The notes under the pieces were generated by a model. It searched no databases and was not told the DNA's origin. It saw nothing but the letters and a program-made list of their open reading frames with translations. A program made the position numbers and the translations under genes. DNA of 64,000 nt from the human T2T-CHM13v2.0 reference genome, Homo sapiens. The stretch's first letter is position 1. Each line of letters opens with the position of its first letter. Location of the stretch: the NCBI RefSeq assembly GCF_009914755.1, contig NC_060927.1. One strand, 5' to 3'. Positions 39,616 to 52,257 of the stretch are shown here, one piece after another.

Positions 39616-40662
39616 CCACCGAACTTCCAGGAAGTGTGGCAAAATGACCCTCAAAGACAACTTTAAAGGCTTCCTAGAAGAATAATTATACTTTGTCTCC
39701 AGTCACAGCAAAGACTCACAAACCAGAGCCAGGGAGGACTAGCTTCTTTCGACCCCATCTGACTTGCAATCAGCTTGACCCAGCAATAACAATATCTGTC
39801 CCTAGAATTTTTTGGAAGAATTAGTGAGGTCATAAATGGAAAAGTATTACCCCATGCTTGGCATGTTGTAAATGCCCATTACATAGAGACTGCTGTTATT
39901 TTTACCATTACTATTGATTATAATAAAGCCTAGTAATTTATAGGTGGTTTTCACAAATACTGTTTCATTAATTGGAGTATTATGACACTTTTCCACACAA
40001 AGGAAATTAAAACTAAAAAATTCAGGACATAGGAAATAGGATATATATATATAAATATATATATAATCTCATACATATATCAGCAATTATATATATAATT
40101 TTCTCATCTCTCCTTATGCTATAAAATACAAGCAGCTGTTGACATTTTTGACAACTTTAAACACTTTTGTCTGTGACTCTTCAAACTACCTGATAATTCC
40201 TTGAACATAATGCTCCAATGGGGGAAAAATAGTGTTTAGCTTTCTCATATGTGTATTCTTTTAAAATATTAGAGCATTTCTCCTGTGTATTAGTTCCTGG
40301 CACCTAATATACCTAATACACAAATGTACAATATTACATTTAATCACAATTGACGGATCCTGATAAAAAGTGAATACATGGATACTTTCACTAGATAGCT
40401 TTTCCAGTGTAAATAATGTTTCAAATAGCATTCGTTTTTAATTTTACTATGTTACTATATTATTTGAATAGATTGATAGGAGAGCCCACAAGAAAAACTA
40501 AAGTGTGTTCACCCCCAGGAGTAATTCAGCACAGAGATTCCCTTAACATCTGTTCCACTAAAAAGAAATAATTTTTAAGGGCCACTTGGAGAGTAAGTAA
40601 TCATAAACCTCTGAGCATTTAAGTTAAAAGAGAGAGTGAGAGAAAAAGGAAAGAAAAAAATA

Positions 40663-40984
<322 letters not shown>

Positions 40985-43119
40985 TTATCTCTGTGTCTCC
41001 TAATGAATTGCCATGGAGCAATTTCTTTTCTTACGGTGAACTTTTAAAAAGATATCGAGTTTATGTTTCTTCTTCATTTTATTCACATTCTGTTCTCCAG
41101 TTTGATAGAGCCACTGTTTGAGGTCATTCATGAGCACTGCCATATTTGGAGTATTCTTCTCCATACAGTAAGGATATTAAAGTTATTGTCTAACTCCAGC
41201 ATATTATCATTACAAAGTAGCACACACCATTAGAGAGAGACTCAGTGAAGGACATTACCATTATGTATTAGCACACATCATTAGACAGGAGTTTCAACTG
41301 CAAAACCTACTGAGGAGGATAGATTCATAACATCACAGCCCTCCTGGGTAATATAACTCAAAACTGTTAAATCATTCAGCCGAGGTGAGCTCGGAACCCA
41401 TGATTGGCACCTAACATCACTTTGAGCTTTCAGTGGCTATTTACTTTGTGAGAAACAGTTCTTTTTCCTGATTTGGAAGAAAGTCTTAAGGAAGCACCCA
41501 AGGAATTTTATCTTAATTCAGCCCAGGTAAAACTCATTACAAATTAATAATAATAAAAAATAATTATAATAATTAACAGTGGTGCTTGGCTTAAGGCTTG
41601 GAAATATAAAACATATGTCTAGTTGGGAAATTGAACATTTAAATATTTTTGTACCAGTAGATACAGGGAATTATAAATGATGCTCAGTGAACTTATCTAA
41701 ATGAAACAAAAGAAATAACCTCATGTTTTCTTTTAAAATCTTAGCATTAAGTAATGTCAAAGTGATGTTTCTTTGTCCCACCAAATGTCAAGGTTATTTG
41801 TATATGATATGACTAAATGCCATTTCTCCATGAGGATTTTCTTAATATGCTGTTTATTCTCATGAAACATTAATGTACTCTATGAATATTTGCCTATGAA
41901 AAGGAAAAGCTACAAATTTTACAGTTCTCAGATGAAGATTAATCTTGAATGAGATTAACTTGCATCATTTGCATTTTCTATGGATAACGAAAAATCATTC
42001 GTAAATAAAAGGTTTATCGTGGAGCAAAAAAAATGGTATGTTCGAGGATGTAACTTTCATCTAAACCGCATTCTAGGAGTTAGTAGTTGCTGTATTTTAC
42101 ATGACTGAGAATATTTTAGCTCCTAATTCAGCATAGAAATATAAAATTAGGGGTAAACCTGATAAAATATATCAATTAATTACCCAATACTAATTTTTAT
42201 GTGTTTAATATTTGTCTTTTTAAAACTGCTCGGTCACCAATAGATACAAAGTTATGAAATAATACATATAGTTTATATGTACATATCTGTATAGCTATTT
42301 CTATACATTATGGCCAGTGGCAAAAATTTATGGGTTCTTAACTAGCTTATAAATACTAAAGCTTAGGGACCAGTTCCAATTCTATATTATAAGTAAGAAA
42401 TAACAAAACGCCGGTCTTGGGTACATACTAACAGTCAAAATAAAATACTCTCTAACTATTGGAGTAGTATGCACGTGCTACCGAGGCAACTGCTAAACCT
42501 AAATGGTTTCATGTTTTGTTTTTAATTTTAGATGTATAAAGAAATATCCAAATCATTAGAAACATCATGTATAGGAATGAACAGGAGAAAGTCACTTATG
42601 TGCACGGCTGACTCTGTTGCGATTTTCAGTCCTTGAAAGGTCACTGAGAGGGGAAGGGGACATACAAAAGTTTTAATACTCATTTCACCAGAAGGAAACC
42701 TCCTAAACACATACACATATCTTTTTTAGTTTATGCTTTTTTTTTTTTTAGGCAAGGGAATAATTCCAGCTGATCATTTATTCTTTATTAAATGGTTGTA
42801 TGTTACAGATTTGTGTGGCATGTCATTTTATTGCTTTACTTACAGTGCATTGTGGGATTTTACTGTTTGTAAATAAGTATTGCTGTGTGTACTCATACCC
42901 TTTTTGGCAGATAGAAGATTCTTACACGCTTTGGTCTGTTAAGATCTCAGAAGGCTATACATTCAGTGCATAACTGCATTCTGCTTTGCATTATGTGCTG
43001 AAAATGGTTTTACCCAAATCTCTGCAAATACCACATCTTAAAAGGCTGGTAAAGCCAAGAATGGTGAATAGCTCTGATGATTCCAAGTCCTTTGAACATC
43101 TTTATGACCTATTAAGAAC

Positions 43120-43345
43120 TACTGGATATTGAATTCAAATCCTAACTTCACCATCTACCAAGTGTGAAAACTTGGACAAATTCTTAACTTTTCTGAACCC
43201 TGAGTTCCTCATCTGTAAATGAAAATAATAATAGCACCCACTTCATATGTGTTACTGTGAGGTTTAAATGAGTTAATATTTGTTAACCACTTAGAAAATA
43301 GTTCCTGAAAAATAGGTACCACATAAGTACTTGTTACTGCTATTA
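43120..43345 (+). mobile_element. MIR
   Basis: ttcaaatcct...cttggacaaattcttaac...gttcctcatctgtaaatgaaaataataatagcacc. Confidence 0.85.
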
Positions 43346-43676
43346 GTTTTAATTCAGGGAGATTTTAAAAATAAAATTATTTTAAATCTAGTTTATGAAA
43401 TTAAACTGTACACAAATACAGACTCCACAGCATGGCAGTAATGCATAATAAAATGCCAAACAAAAATTTTAATTATGATGAACTGCTTGTCAAATGATTA
43501 ACTATACAAATATCTCAGTGACACCATTGTAAGCCGTGTGGTTCATATATGCTTTCTTGTTTGGGTTTGACCTCTCCCATTCCTTCTTTATTATACCACT
43601 TATTCAAACCATCCCTTAGTCTCCTTAAGACCCTATACTGACCTTGTATCCTTCTTTGTGAATAAGATCTATTCTT

Positions 43677-43831
43677 GTGGCTCGTGTGTAATCCCAGTAC
43701 CTTGGGAGGCTGAGGCAGGAGGACTGATTGGGCTCTAGAGTTTGCGACTAGCCTGGACAACATAGCAAGACCTCATATCTACTAAAAAAAAGAAAGGAAG
43801 GAAGGAAGGAAGGAAGGAAGGAAGGAAGGAA

Positions 43832-43869
<38 letters not shown>

Positions 43870-43873
43870 AGGA

Positions 43874-43949
<76 letters not shown>

Positions 43950-44107
43950 AAACATAGCCAAGTGTAGTGGTGCATACCTGTAGTCCCAGCTACTTGGGAG
44001 GCTAAGGTGGGAGGATTGCTTGAGCCCAGGAGTTCAAGGATAGCATGAGCCATGATCATGCCACTGCCCTCCAGCTGGAGCAAAAGAGCAAGACCCTGTC
44101 TCAAAAA
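43677..44107 (+). mobile_element. AluJ with expanded central linker
   Basis: caacatagcaagacc and ggaggattgcttgagcccaggagttcaagg (J-type); the linker holds a tetranucleotide STR. Confidence 0.92.
43796..43951. repeat. Compound STR (GGAA)10(GAAA)8 GAAG (GAAA)20
   Basis: Counted directly from the sequence. Confidence 0.95.
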
Positions 44108-45349
44108 TGAAAAATTTATTCTATCTTATTGTTCTATTTAACAGTCCCATCCCCTGTCACCCATCACTTTATCTACAACAGGAGTCATTCAAAAAACTAA
44201 AGAGCCAGGTAGTTCAAAATGCAAGATTCTTCATTGCCTGGTCCAAATCTGTCTTTCCAGTTTCAATCCCCATCATTTCCTTAATGCCTGCTCTGCCCCA
44301 GTCATTGACCACCAGGATCTCCCCAAATGTGCTGTTCTCTTTCCAAACCTCTGAGAACTTGCACATATTGTTTCTTTGCCTACAATCTCTCTCCTATCCA
44401 CTTGTCAAGCTTCTATGTATACTTTATTACTTGGCTTACAATGTGGTTTCTATTCCCAAAAGAGTGCCAAGAAACTACATATGTTGCACGCACCTGTCAA
44501 TAAAGAAAATCCTACCATTGAATCCAAGTCAGGCGCTGAGGTCCTGATATCCAGTGACAGGCTTCCCCGATGTGAGAGCCTTCCTCCGCTGTGTATTTCT
44601 GCCATGCTCCACAGATCTTGCAATCTTACCCTTTCTCTCTCACTCCTCTGGTACTATCTACTCTCTTCACTCAAGAACCAGTGAAGCATCAATGCATGTA
44701 CTATCTGAAATCTTTCAGGCGTAAAAGTGAGTTATGGCTTTTTCTACTGTGCTCCCATACACTTGCGACTGAATAACAAAACTTTAGGCTTAAATACTTT
44801 TTCAGTATGTACATTGACTAGAGCATTTTTATGCACATTTGCGGTGTACTGAGGGACACAAAATGCTAGAGAAACACTACAGAAATAACTTTTTTCCAGG
44901 TAGCTAAGAACAGAAGAGCTATCTTGCCAATGTGCTCAGGTTTATTTTTGTCTGCTGAGGCATTGGTGCACTAGATGGGTTTTTGAGGTTTAATGAGTCT
45001 CATTGGTTCTAATTAGAGTAACCTTGGTAGAAATAGATATTATTACTCTGCAAATCATGGCTAAATTGCTGTTAAATAATTTGCATTCTATTACATGCTT
45101 TATGTGCTAATACAGACGGAAGCATCCAGGACCAAGTCCTTAAGTATTTACTAATGCATACCAGCAATTTTAGCCTCACGTAATAAGGATTTAAAATGTG
45201 TCTGACACATTTTATCCAACCTACACTCTAAAGTATCTTTGCAAGTAATTAGATACGTCATGCACTGCAGCCTTAAACAGGCACAATTTTGTCTATACTT
45301 CCAGAACCTAGATTATTCTGAAATCTTTAACAACATAAGGTTTAGATAC

Positions 45350-45520
45350 CATTTGCATTGAGTACCCACTAGGTGCCGACTCTTTTAAAGTGCATTTTTA
45401 GTTTCATTATCTCAACTTTGTAATGTTGGCATCATTATTCCCATTTTACAGAAGATAAAATTGAAGCAAAGTCAAGTTTAGGGGATTTTCAAGGTTGTAC
45501 AGTACAACTGGGTGACAAAA
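45350..45520 (-). mobile_element. MIR
   Basis: catttgcattgagtacccactaggtgcc...attattcccattttacagaagataaaattgaagc. Confidence 0.75.
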
Positions 45521-46154
45521 TTTTTGCTCTTTCAATGATAATGAGGCCTCTGACATCTTCCTTTCTCATAAGACTACATTTAGTATAACTTATATATTTT
45601 ATCAGTCAACAACTATCTTTTGAGAACTTGTACACCCAGGACTGTGTAATGGGCTGTTGGTTTTATACAGAATTATAAGAATACTCTCTTTCCTTTCTCC
45701 ATTAAAAAAAAAGCGATTATGTTCTCACCTGAAGAAGATTATGAATACGTGAACATAATTGTGTAAGAATTAACTGCTAATGTATTAATTTCAACCATTA
45801 CACTCTTTTATAAGTTTTTATTTCACATGTCATAAATTGCAACAAAGAATTTAGGATATAAGGATTGCTTACCTTTACCACACGTTTTTAAATTTAGTCT
45901 TAGGGTCAAGAACGGGCAGAACCTGGTAAGTGGTGCTTGTTTTCTCAGCTGAGTCCCTTCCGGGTCAAAGTTATGTTTGGGTGAATCTGATTGGTAGCCT
46001 CAAGTCACATGAGTATGTTTTCCTCTTCAAGGTGCTTATAGAGCCAGGCTTTCTCTTTTATATTAATTCATAACTCTTGAAATTTCCCCCCAAGAAATGG
46101 TATTTCTCATTGCCCAGAAAGCATCACAAATGTACATTAGAATGTCTTTATAGA

Positions 46155-46460
46155 GGCCGGGCGCGGTGGGCTCACACCTGTAATCCCAGAACTTTGGAAA
46201 GCCGAGGCGGGCGGATCGCCTGAGGTTAGGAGTTTGCCACCAGCCTGGCCAACGTGGTGAAACCCCGTCTCTACTAAAAATACAAAAAATTAGCCGGGCA
46301 TGGTGGCATCCCTGTAATCCCAGCTGCTCAGGAGGCTGAGGGAGGAGAATCGCTTGCACCTGGGAGGCTGAGCTTGCAGTGAACTGAGATCACGCCATTC
46401 TTTCCAGCCTGAGTGACAGAGTGAGACTCCGTCTCAAAAAAAAAAAAAAAAAAAAAAAAA
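46155..46460 (+). mobile_element. AluS (Sx-like) full length
   Basis: TSD agaatgtctttataga / agaatatccttataga; long A tail. Confidence 0.93.
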
Positions 46461-46974
46461 AGAATATCCTTATAGAAAACTGTGATATCTGGAAAATGAA
46501 TTTTGAAAAATACTTGTCTACTAGTCCAACCACCAAGATGACTAAATAAATAGTAAGTATTATAAATTGTAATATTTGGGGGTTTAGCCATGCGGTTCTA
46601 AATCATTTCTAATGCTATAGCTTCTAATCACAAGTTTGCATTTATCTTTTCCCGTCATAATCCATTTAATGCAGTTGCCCTAATCCATCTCCTCGCCTCA
46701 TTTTTTTCTAGTAAAATAACAGAACTTAGATCTATCAATTTTATACACTGATTTGTCCCCATGATGCCAAAAAGGTGGATGTAAAATACTAATTTAATAA
46801 AATTCCCTGTTATATAGCAGAATTTAATCTTTAGCCAAAGAAATCATAAATCTCTCAAGCCAGCTTGTGTGTGGAAACCACGGTTTTTTTCATTTTCTAC
46901 TCACCATGTTTATATTAGCTTCTTTTTAAGAAGCCTGTATTGTAAAACATATAACTAAAGACTACATGAAATGT

Positions 46975-48195
46975 ATTAAACAACTTACTCAATATTGTGC
47001 GAGTTTCTATTCTAGGCACCAGAGTTATTGCAGCAAACAACACAGCCAGATGTCATTTTTTGTAAAGCATACATGTACTATGGGGGCCAAAAAAATAAGC
47101 AAATAATCAAGGAAAATATGTTTTGAATTCGGTGGTATTACGTGCAGCAGGAAAAAAAAAATATCAAAAAGTTTGGAAAATGCAAGAAGAGGGAGCTTTA
47201 AGTAGGGTGGTTAGAGAAGGCTAAAAAAGGAAGTAAAGAAGGAAGTTACGTGGATCTATGAGAAAAAGATATTCCTGGCAGAGCAAAAGCTCCAGAACTT
47301 CAATATGCTTGACATGTTTGAGGGACAGCAAAGGAATCAGTACAGCTGGCAAATAAAAGGCATATTAGCAGGAAGCGCAACGTTGTGGGGGAAAAGGGAG
47401 TCGTATCATACAGGACTTGTAAGCCAATATACAACCTTTGGTTCTTACTCAGGGAAATGGGAAACCACTGAGAGATTTTAACAGATGAAAATGTGATTTT
47501 TTTTTCGAAGGATTCTATTGCCTTTGGTGTGTTAAAAAGAGTGAAGGGTAAGGGCAAAGGTCAAAGCAGGCAACTGATCCAGTGACATGATCCAGGTGAA
47601 AGTTAGATTATTGCAATAGCCCAGTGTGGGAGTAGCAGAGATAGTGAGAGGTACTTTGCATCAGCTTGTATTCTCAGATTGTGTCAACAAAGTTTGGATG
47701 ATAGATCTAATAGATCCAGAAGCAGAAGACTTTAAGAATAAGATAATTCCAAAGTTTTTGTTTCAGCAACTGAAAGGATGGGGTCACCATGTATTGAAAT
47801 GGAAAACACTGTCATAAAATGGTTTTGAGGGAGAAGATCAGGAGTCAGGGTTTTAGATGTTAAGATTGTTGTTTTCACTATGTGAAGGTGTAAGCAGAAG
47901 TTGTATATATAAATCTGGACTTCTGGGGAGTGGTGTGCGGTAGAGATATAAACTGGGAAGTTTCCAGTATAGCAAACATATCTGGAGGCTGAGCCTGGAG
48001 AAGACAATACATAGAGAAGACACAGAGCAAAACAGAGATGAGTTTAGGCTGATGGAAAATAAAGTAGCACCTGCCCAAATGAGATTGCTGAGAAGGGATC
48101 AAAAAAGTACCAAGAAAATGAGGAGAGATAAAGAAGTATTTTGTGGAAGGAGTGATCAAACATGTCTAATGTTGCTGCTAGGTCAATGACATGAT
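46975..48195 (-). mobile_element. L2 (L2a-like), ~1.2 kb
   Basis: agggtggttagagaagg...attcctggcagag...gggaaaccactgagagatttt...gataattccaaagtttttg...ctggaaggatgg-like blocks. Confidence 0.8.
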
Positions 48196-48277
48196 ACATA
48201 GCATGTATAGTTTAAATAATTACAGTGATAACAGCAATAAAGCCAACATCTCTATCCATTATCAGCTTAGGAAATAG

Positions 48278-48666
<389 letters not shown>

Positions 48667-49870
48667 TGAAAGGGCTAAAATAACTTGTAGAGGTAGTGGA
48701 TATATTTCTTGATGTGACAGTTACCCATTATATCAGTGCAAAATATTTCTCATACTTTCCAAGTTTAACATGCATAGATAAGCACAGTTTGGTTGTTACT
48801 TCCTTCACCTTACTTAGTTTGCATTCTTCTTTTGAATTAATGGACTCTCTTATGGGGCTTAATTTTACTCTCTCTACACTGTAACCTCACCCTCTACATT
48901 GGAGCTTCAGTCATTGAAGTATGAAATCTTCATTTGAGCTTTGTAGTTCACCTCAAAGAGCAAATCTAAATGGGTTGTGTCTAACGGTTCCAGAGAGAGC
49001 CAGAGAATCCCGCATATTCATGATGTAAGGGATAAAGATAACTGTTTAGCTGTGCCCCCGGATAGGCATATTGTTCGCGTATGGAAGCAACTGGCTTTAG
49101 CATGCAGATGATGGCTGCTAAGGAATGTCTCACATCAACTGTCATATCCCAGCAGTACAAATTTATAAGATGAAACAACTCTCTAATCCCTTAAACTGTT
49201 AATACATAGCTAAGAATCCTTGTGCATAAATAATAAAATTTACATTTACTAAGCTTCAATTTCTTTGAAAGTCTGTTTTATTTGATTTTTCAGAAAGCAA
49301 TAAGGAAAAAAAGTGCAATGAACACTGAGAGGATGTGTTTGGAAGGGAAGAGGAATGTAATAGGAGTTCAATGTATAAATGAAGTGCATCTCGGGAAAGC
49401 TCACTTGTCTGCCTGTATTAATTATTTCTGCAGTGGGAGTGTAGCAAATGATGTCTCTGAACATGAAATTAATGCTTGTGTGTTTTAAGGGATTTTTTTC
49501 TTGTTTAATATTTTCCTATGTATGTGAATTTTGGCCATAATCCTAAAACTAAGTCTAGAAACAAATGAATACCCAAAAATGGCAGGAATGGTTGATGACT
49601 ATAAATTAGTTACTTTGAATATATTATAACAAGAGTAGTTTTAAGTCCTTTGGCTAAGGAAAAAAGGTATATTAGGTGACTTAAGTCATAAAAAAATAAA
49701 GCTTTTGTTTTGAGTTCTCATGCCAGAATGGTTTCTAAGCTTTAAATACATCTAAGTAGAAAGTAGAATAAGTGTGCCTGCTACTTGATTTTTATTCACT
49801 AGAGATATCTTTTGTCCTTTTTCAGTTCCCACTTAATACTTGTCGACTGCTAAGATAAAAACAACGTGTG

Positions 49871-50170
49871 TTTTTTTCTTTCTTTTTTTTATTGAGACAG
49901 GATCTCACTCTGCCACCCAGGCTGGAGTACAGTGGCACGATCACAGCTTACCGCAACCCCAAACTCCGCAACCCCAAACTCCTAGGCTCAAGTGACCCTC
50001 ACACTACAGCCTCCAGAGTAGCTGGGACTACAGTCACTCGCTATCCACTAATTTTTAGGTTTTTTTTTTTTTTTTAGAGATGGGGTCTTGCTATGTTGTC
50101 CAGGCTTGTCCTAAACTCCTGGGCTCAAAGAATCACCTTCAGCTCCCAAACTGCTGAGATTAAAGGTGTG
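49871..50170 (-). mobile_element. AluJ with a 15-bp internal duplication
   Basis: ccgcaaccccaaact repeated at 49951-49980; J-type cctaggctcaagtga. Confidence 0.88.
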
Positions 50171-50922
50171 AAAATTCAAATTTCAAGAAGCAAATCCAGT
50201 CTTACCTACTATCTCATTTCATGCCTCTCTGAAAAGGAAACTTTTTTTTCCTCACTGGTCTAAAAAGTTGTATCTAATGTTATCTGATATGCTTCTCTTT
50301 AAACAGCTGTGAAAATGTAGTCAAAAGTGATTCTTTTCTTCCAGATGAAATGTATTTGTTTTGTGACTCACATCTATCAATTCTACTAGTTTTGTTTTTG
50401 CCATTGTTCATCTGTTTCAGTTTTCCAATTTGTAGTCTCACAGAATTTCCTCCATAAATAAAAGACAGGGCAATGTATAGTTTAAGAGTTTTTGAAATAT
50501 AGTCAATTATGTATCTAACAAACATAATGTAAGTTGTTGAGTAGAAGTCTATATTCTAGAAGTTGTACGTTGGTACTCATCATTCCAAATATGTTGAAGG
50601 TATACTAAGCATAATATAGCGTCACTTTTGTAGAACTGGTGTTGTTGCAATCTTGGCAATTGCACTGACTGTGCCATCTCTCATCCAGGTTCCCTTGAAA
50701 CCAACATCACACATTTGGAAAAGGGCTGAAACTGAGAAAAAGTAACTAGATTCTCAAAACTAGCATATCTGGTTGTGCTCAATGACACAAATGGTTCAAA
50801 AAAACACTTGGATGTAAGGAGGGTGAGAGTAAATCCACCCAAAATCCACACTGTTCTTCTTCAAAGCAACCAAAATATAGTAACAATTTTCTTTATTGTG
50901 TACAACTAATTTTTTTTCCAAC

Positions 50923-51367
50923 TGCATTAGTCAGGGTTCTCTAGAGGGACAGAACTAATAGATGTCTACATTAAGAGGAGTTTATTAAGGAGTGTTGATT
51001 CACATAATCACAAGATGGGGTCCCACAATAGGCCCTCTGCAAGCTGAGGAGCAAAGAAGCCAGTCCAAGTTCCAAAGCTGAAGAACTTGGAGTCCAATAT
51101 CTGAGGACAGGAAGCATCCTGCATGCAGAAAGATGCAGGCCAAAAGACTAAACCCGTCTAGTCTTTCCATGTTCTTCTGCCTGCTTTTATTCTGGCCATG
51201 CTGGCAGTTGATTCGATGATGCCCATCTAGATTGAGGGTGAATCTGCCTTTCCCATCCACTGACTCAAATGTTAAACCCCTTTGACAGCATCCTCACAGA
51301 CACGCCCAGAAACAATACGTTGCACCCTTCAATCCAATCAAATTGACACTCAATATTAACCATCACA
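50923..51367 (-). mobile_element. MLT2A (MLT2A2-like) HERV-L solo LTR
   Basis: attagtcagggttctctagagggacagaactaatag...caatccaatcaaattgacactcaatattaaccatcaca. Confidence 0.92.
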
Positions 51368-51702
51368 CCAGTCTTTAGTAAATTTTGAATAAGTACATCT
51401 TTAGAGAATAAATGTATTATCAGCAAACTTGCTTAGTAATATAATCTAAGTGAAAACAGCCCATTTGCTGTCTATGCAAGTACATCATCAACACCCCTTT
51501 CCAAACAACTTACCATACTTTTCTGAGAATTCTGGAGGTTGCCAATGCCATGATGACATGCTTGCTGTGCCTCCATTCTGTGTTTCCTCACCTTTCTCCA
51601 TCTCTTTTGACATAGAATCAGGTGGCACCCGTTCCCTGAGTAGTTGTTTTTTGCTGCTGCCTCCCCGCTTGGCTGACTTTGGTTTGCATTCTTCTTCTAG
51701 TA

Positions 51703-52257
51703 CAGCAGCTCCTCAAATAATGTCATTTTGTTATAATGTTGATGAGAGAAAACATTGATTACTGGCTAGGGCCATAGTCTGTGTAGAGTTTGCATGTTCT
51801 CTCTATGTCGGCTGGGTTTCCTTCCACATCACAAAGATTTGCATGTTAGGTATCTACGTCGTTCATGTCTGCATGAGTGTGGGTGTGTGTGAGCGTGCCC
51901 TGCAGTGGGGTGGTGTCCTGTCCAGGGTTGGTTCCTGCCCTGAGCTTGTGCCCTGAGATGGCTCTGGCCACTCAAGAACTTGAACTGGAATAAGCAAGTA
52001 AATAATTGTGCCACTTGTATTTGCTAATCTCTCTTAAATGTATGTATAGCTCACATTTATTTCAATGTTTAATATTAGACATGTTTTGGTCTTTATTTAG
52101 AAGTTTGTGAAATTTATGTGACCAGAAATATGCTGCAGGAACTTAACTCCTATTTATATCAATTACCGTATGGTAAAAATTGGTTTCAGTATACATTGTT
52201 TCATTTAAGGTAGAAGTTTCTAAGAACCTATGGATGATGTTAGGTGAAAACTTACTG
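51703..52257 (+). mobile_element. MER6A (TcMar-Tigger)
   Basis: TA-cagcagctcctcaaataa...aaacttactg-TA; internal gagtttgcatgttctc...gtgccctgc...cctgtccaggg. Confidence 0.85.

Noticed and set aside
43748-44104. 118-aa ORF with FLSF repeats
   Set aside because: Antisense Alu plus the translated STR.
44107-44776. 146-aa and 102-aa ORFs
   Set aside because: They overlap degraded L2-like pyrimidine-rich sequence, with no domain resemblance or splice context.
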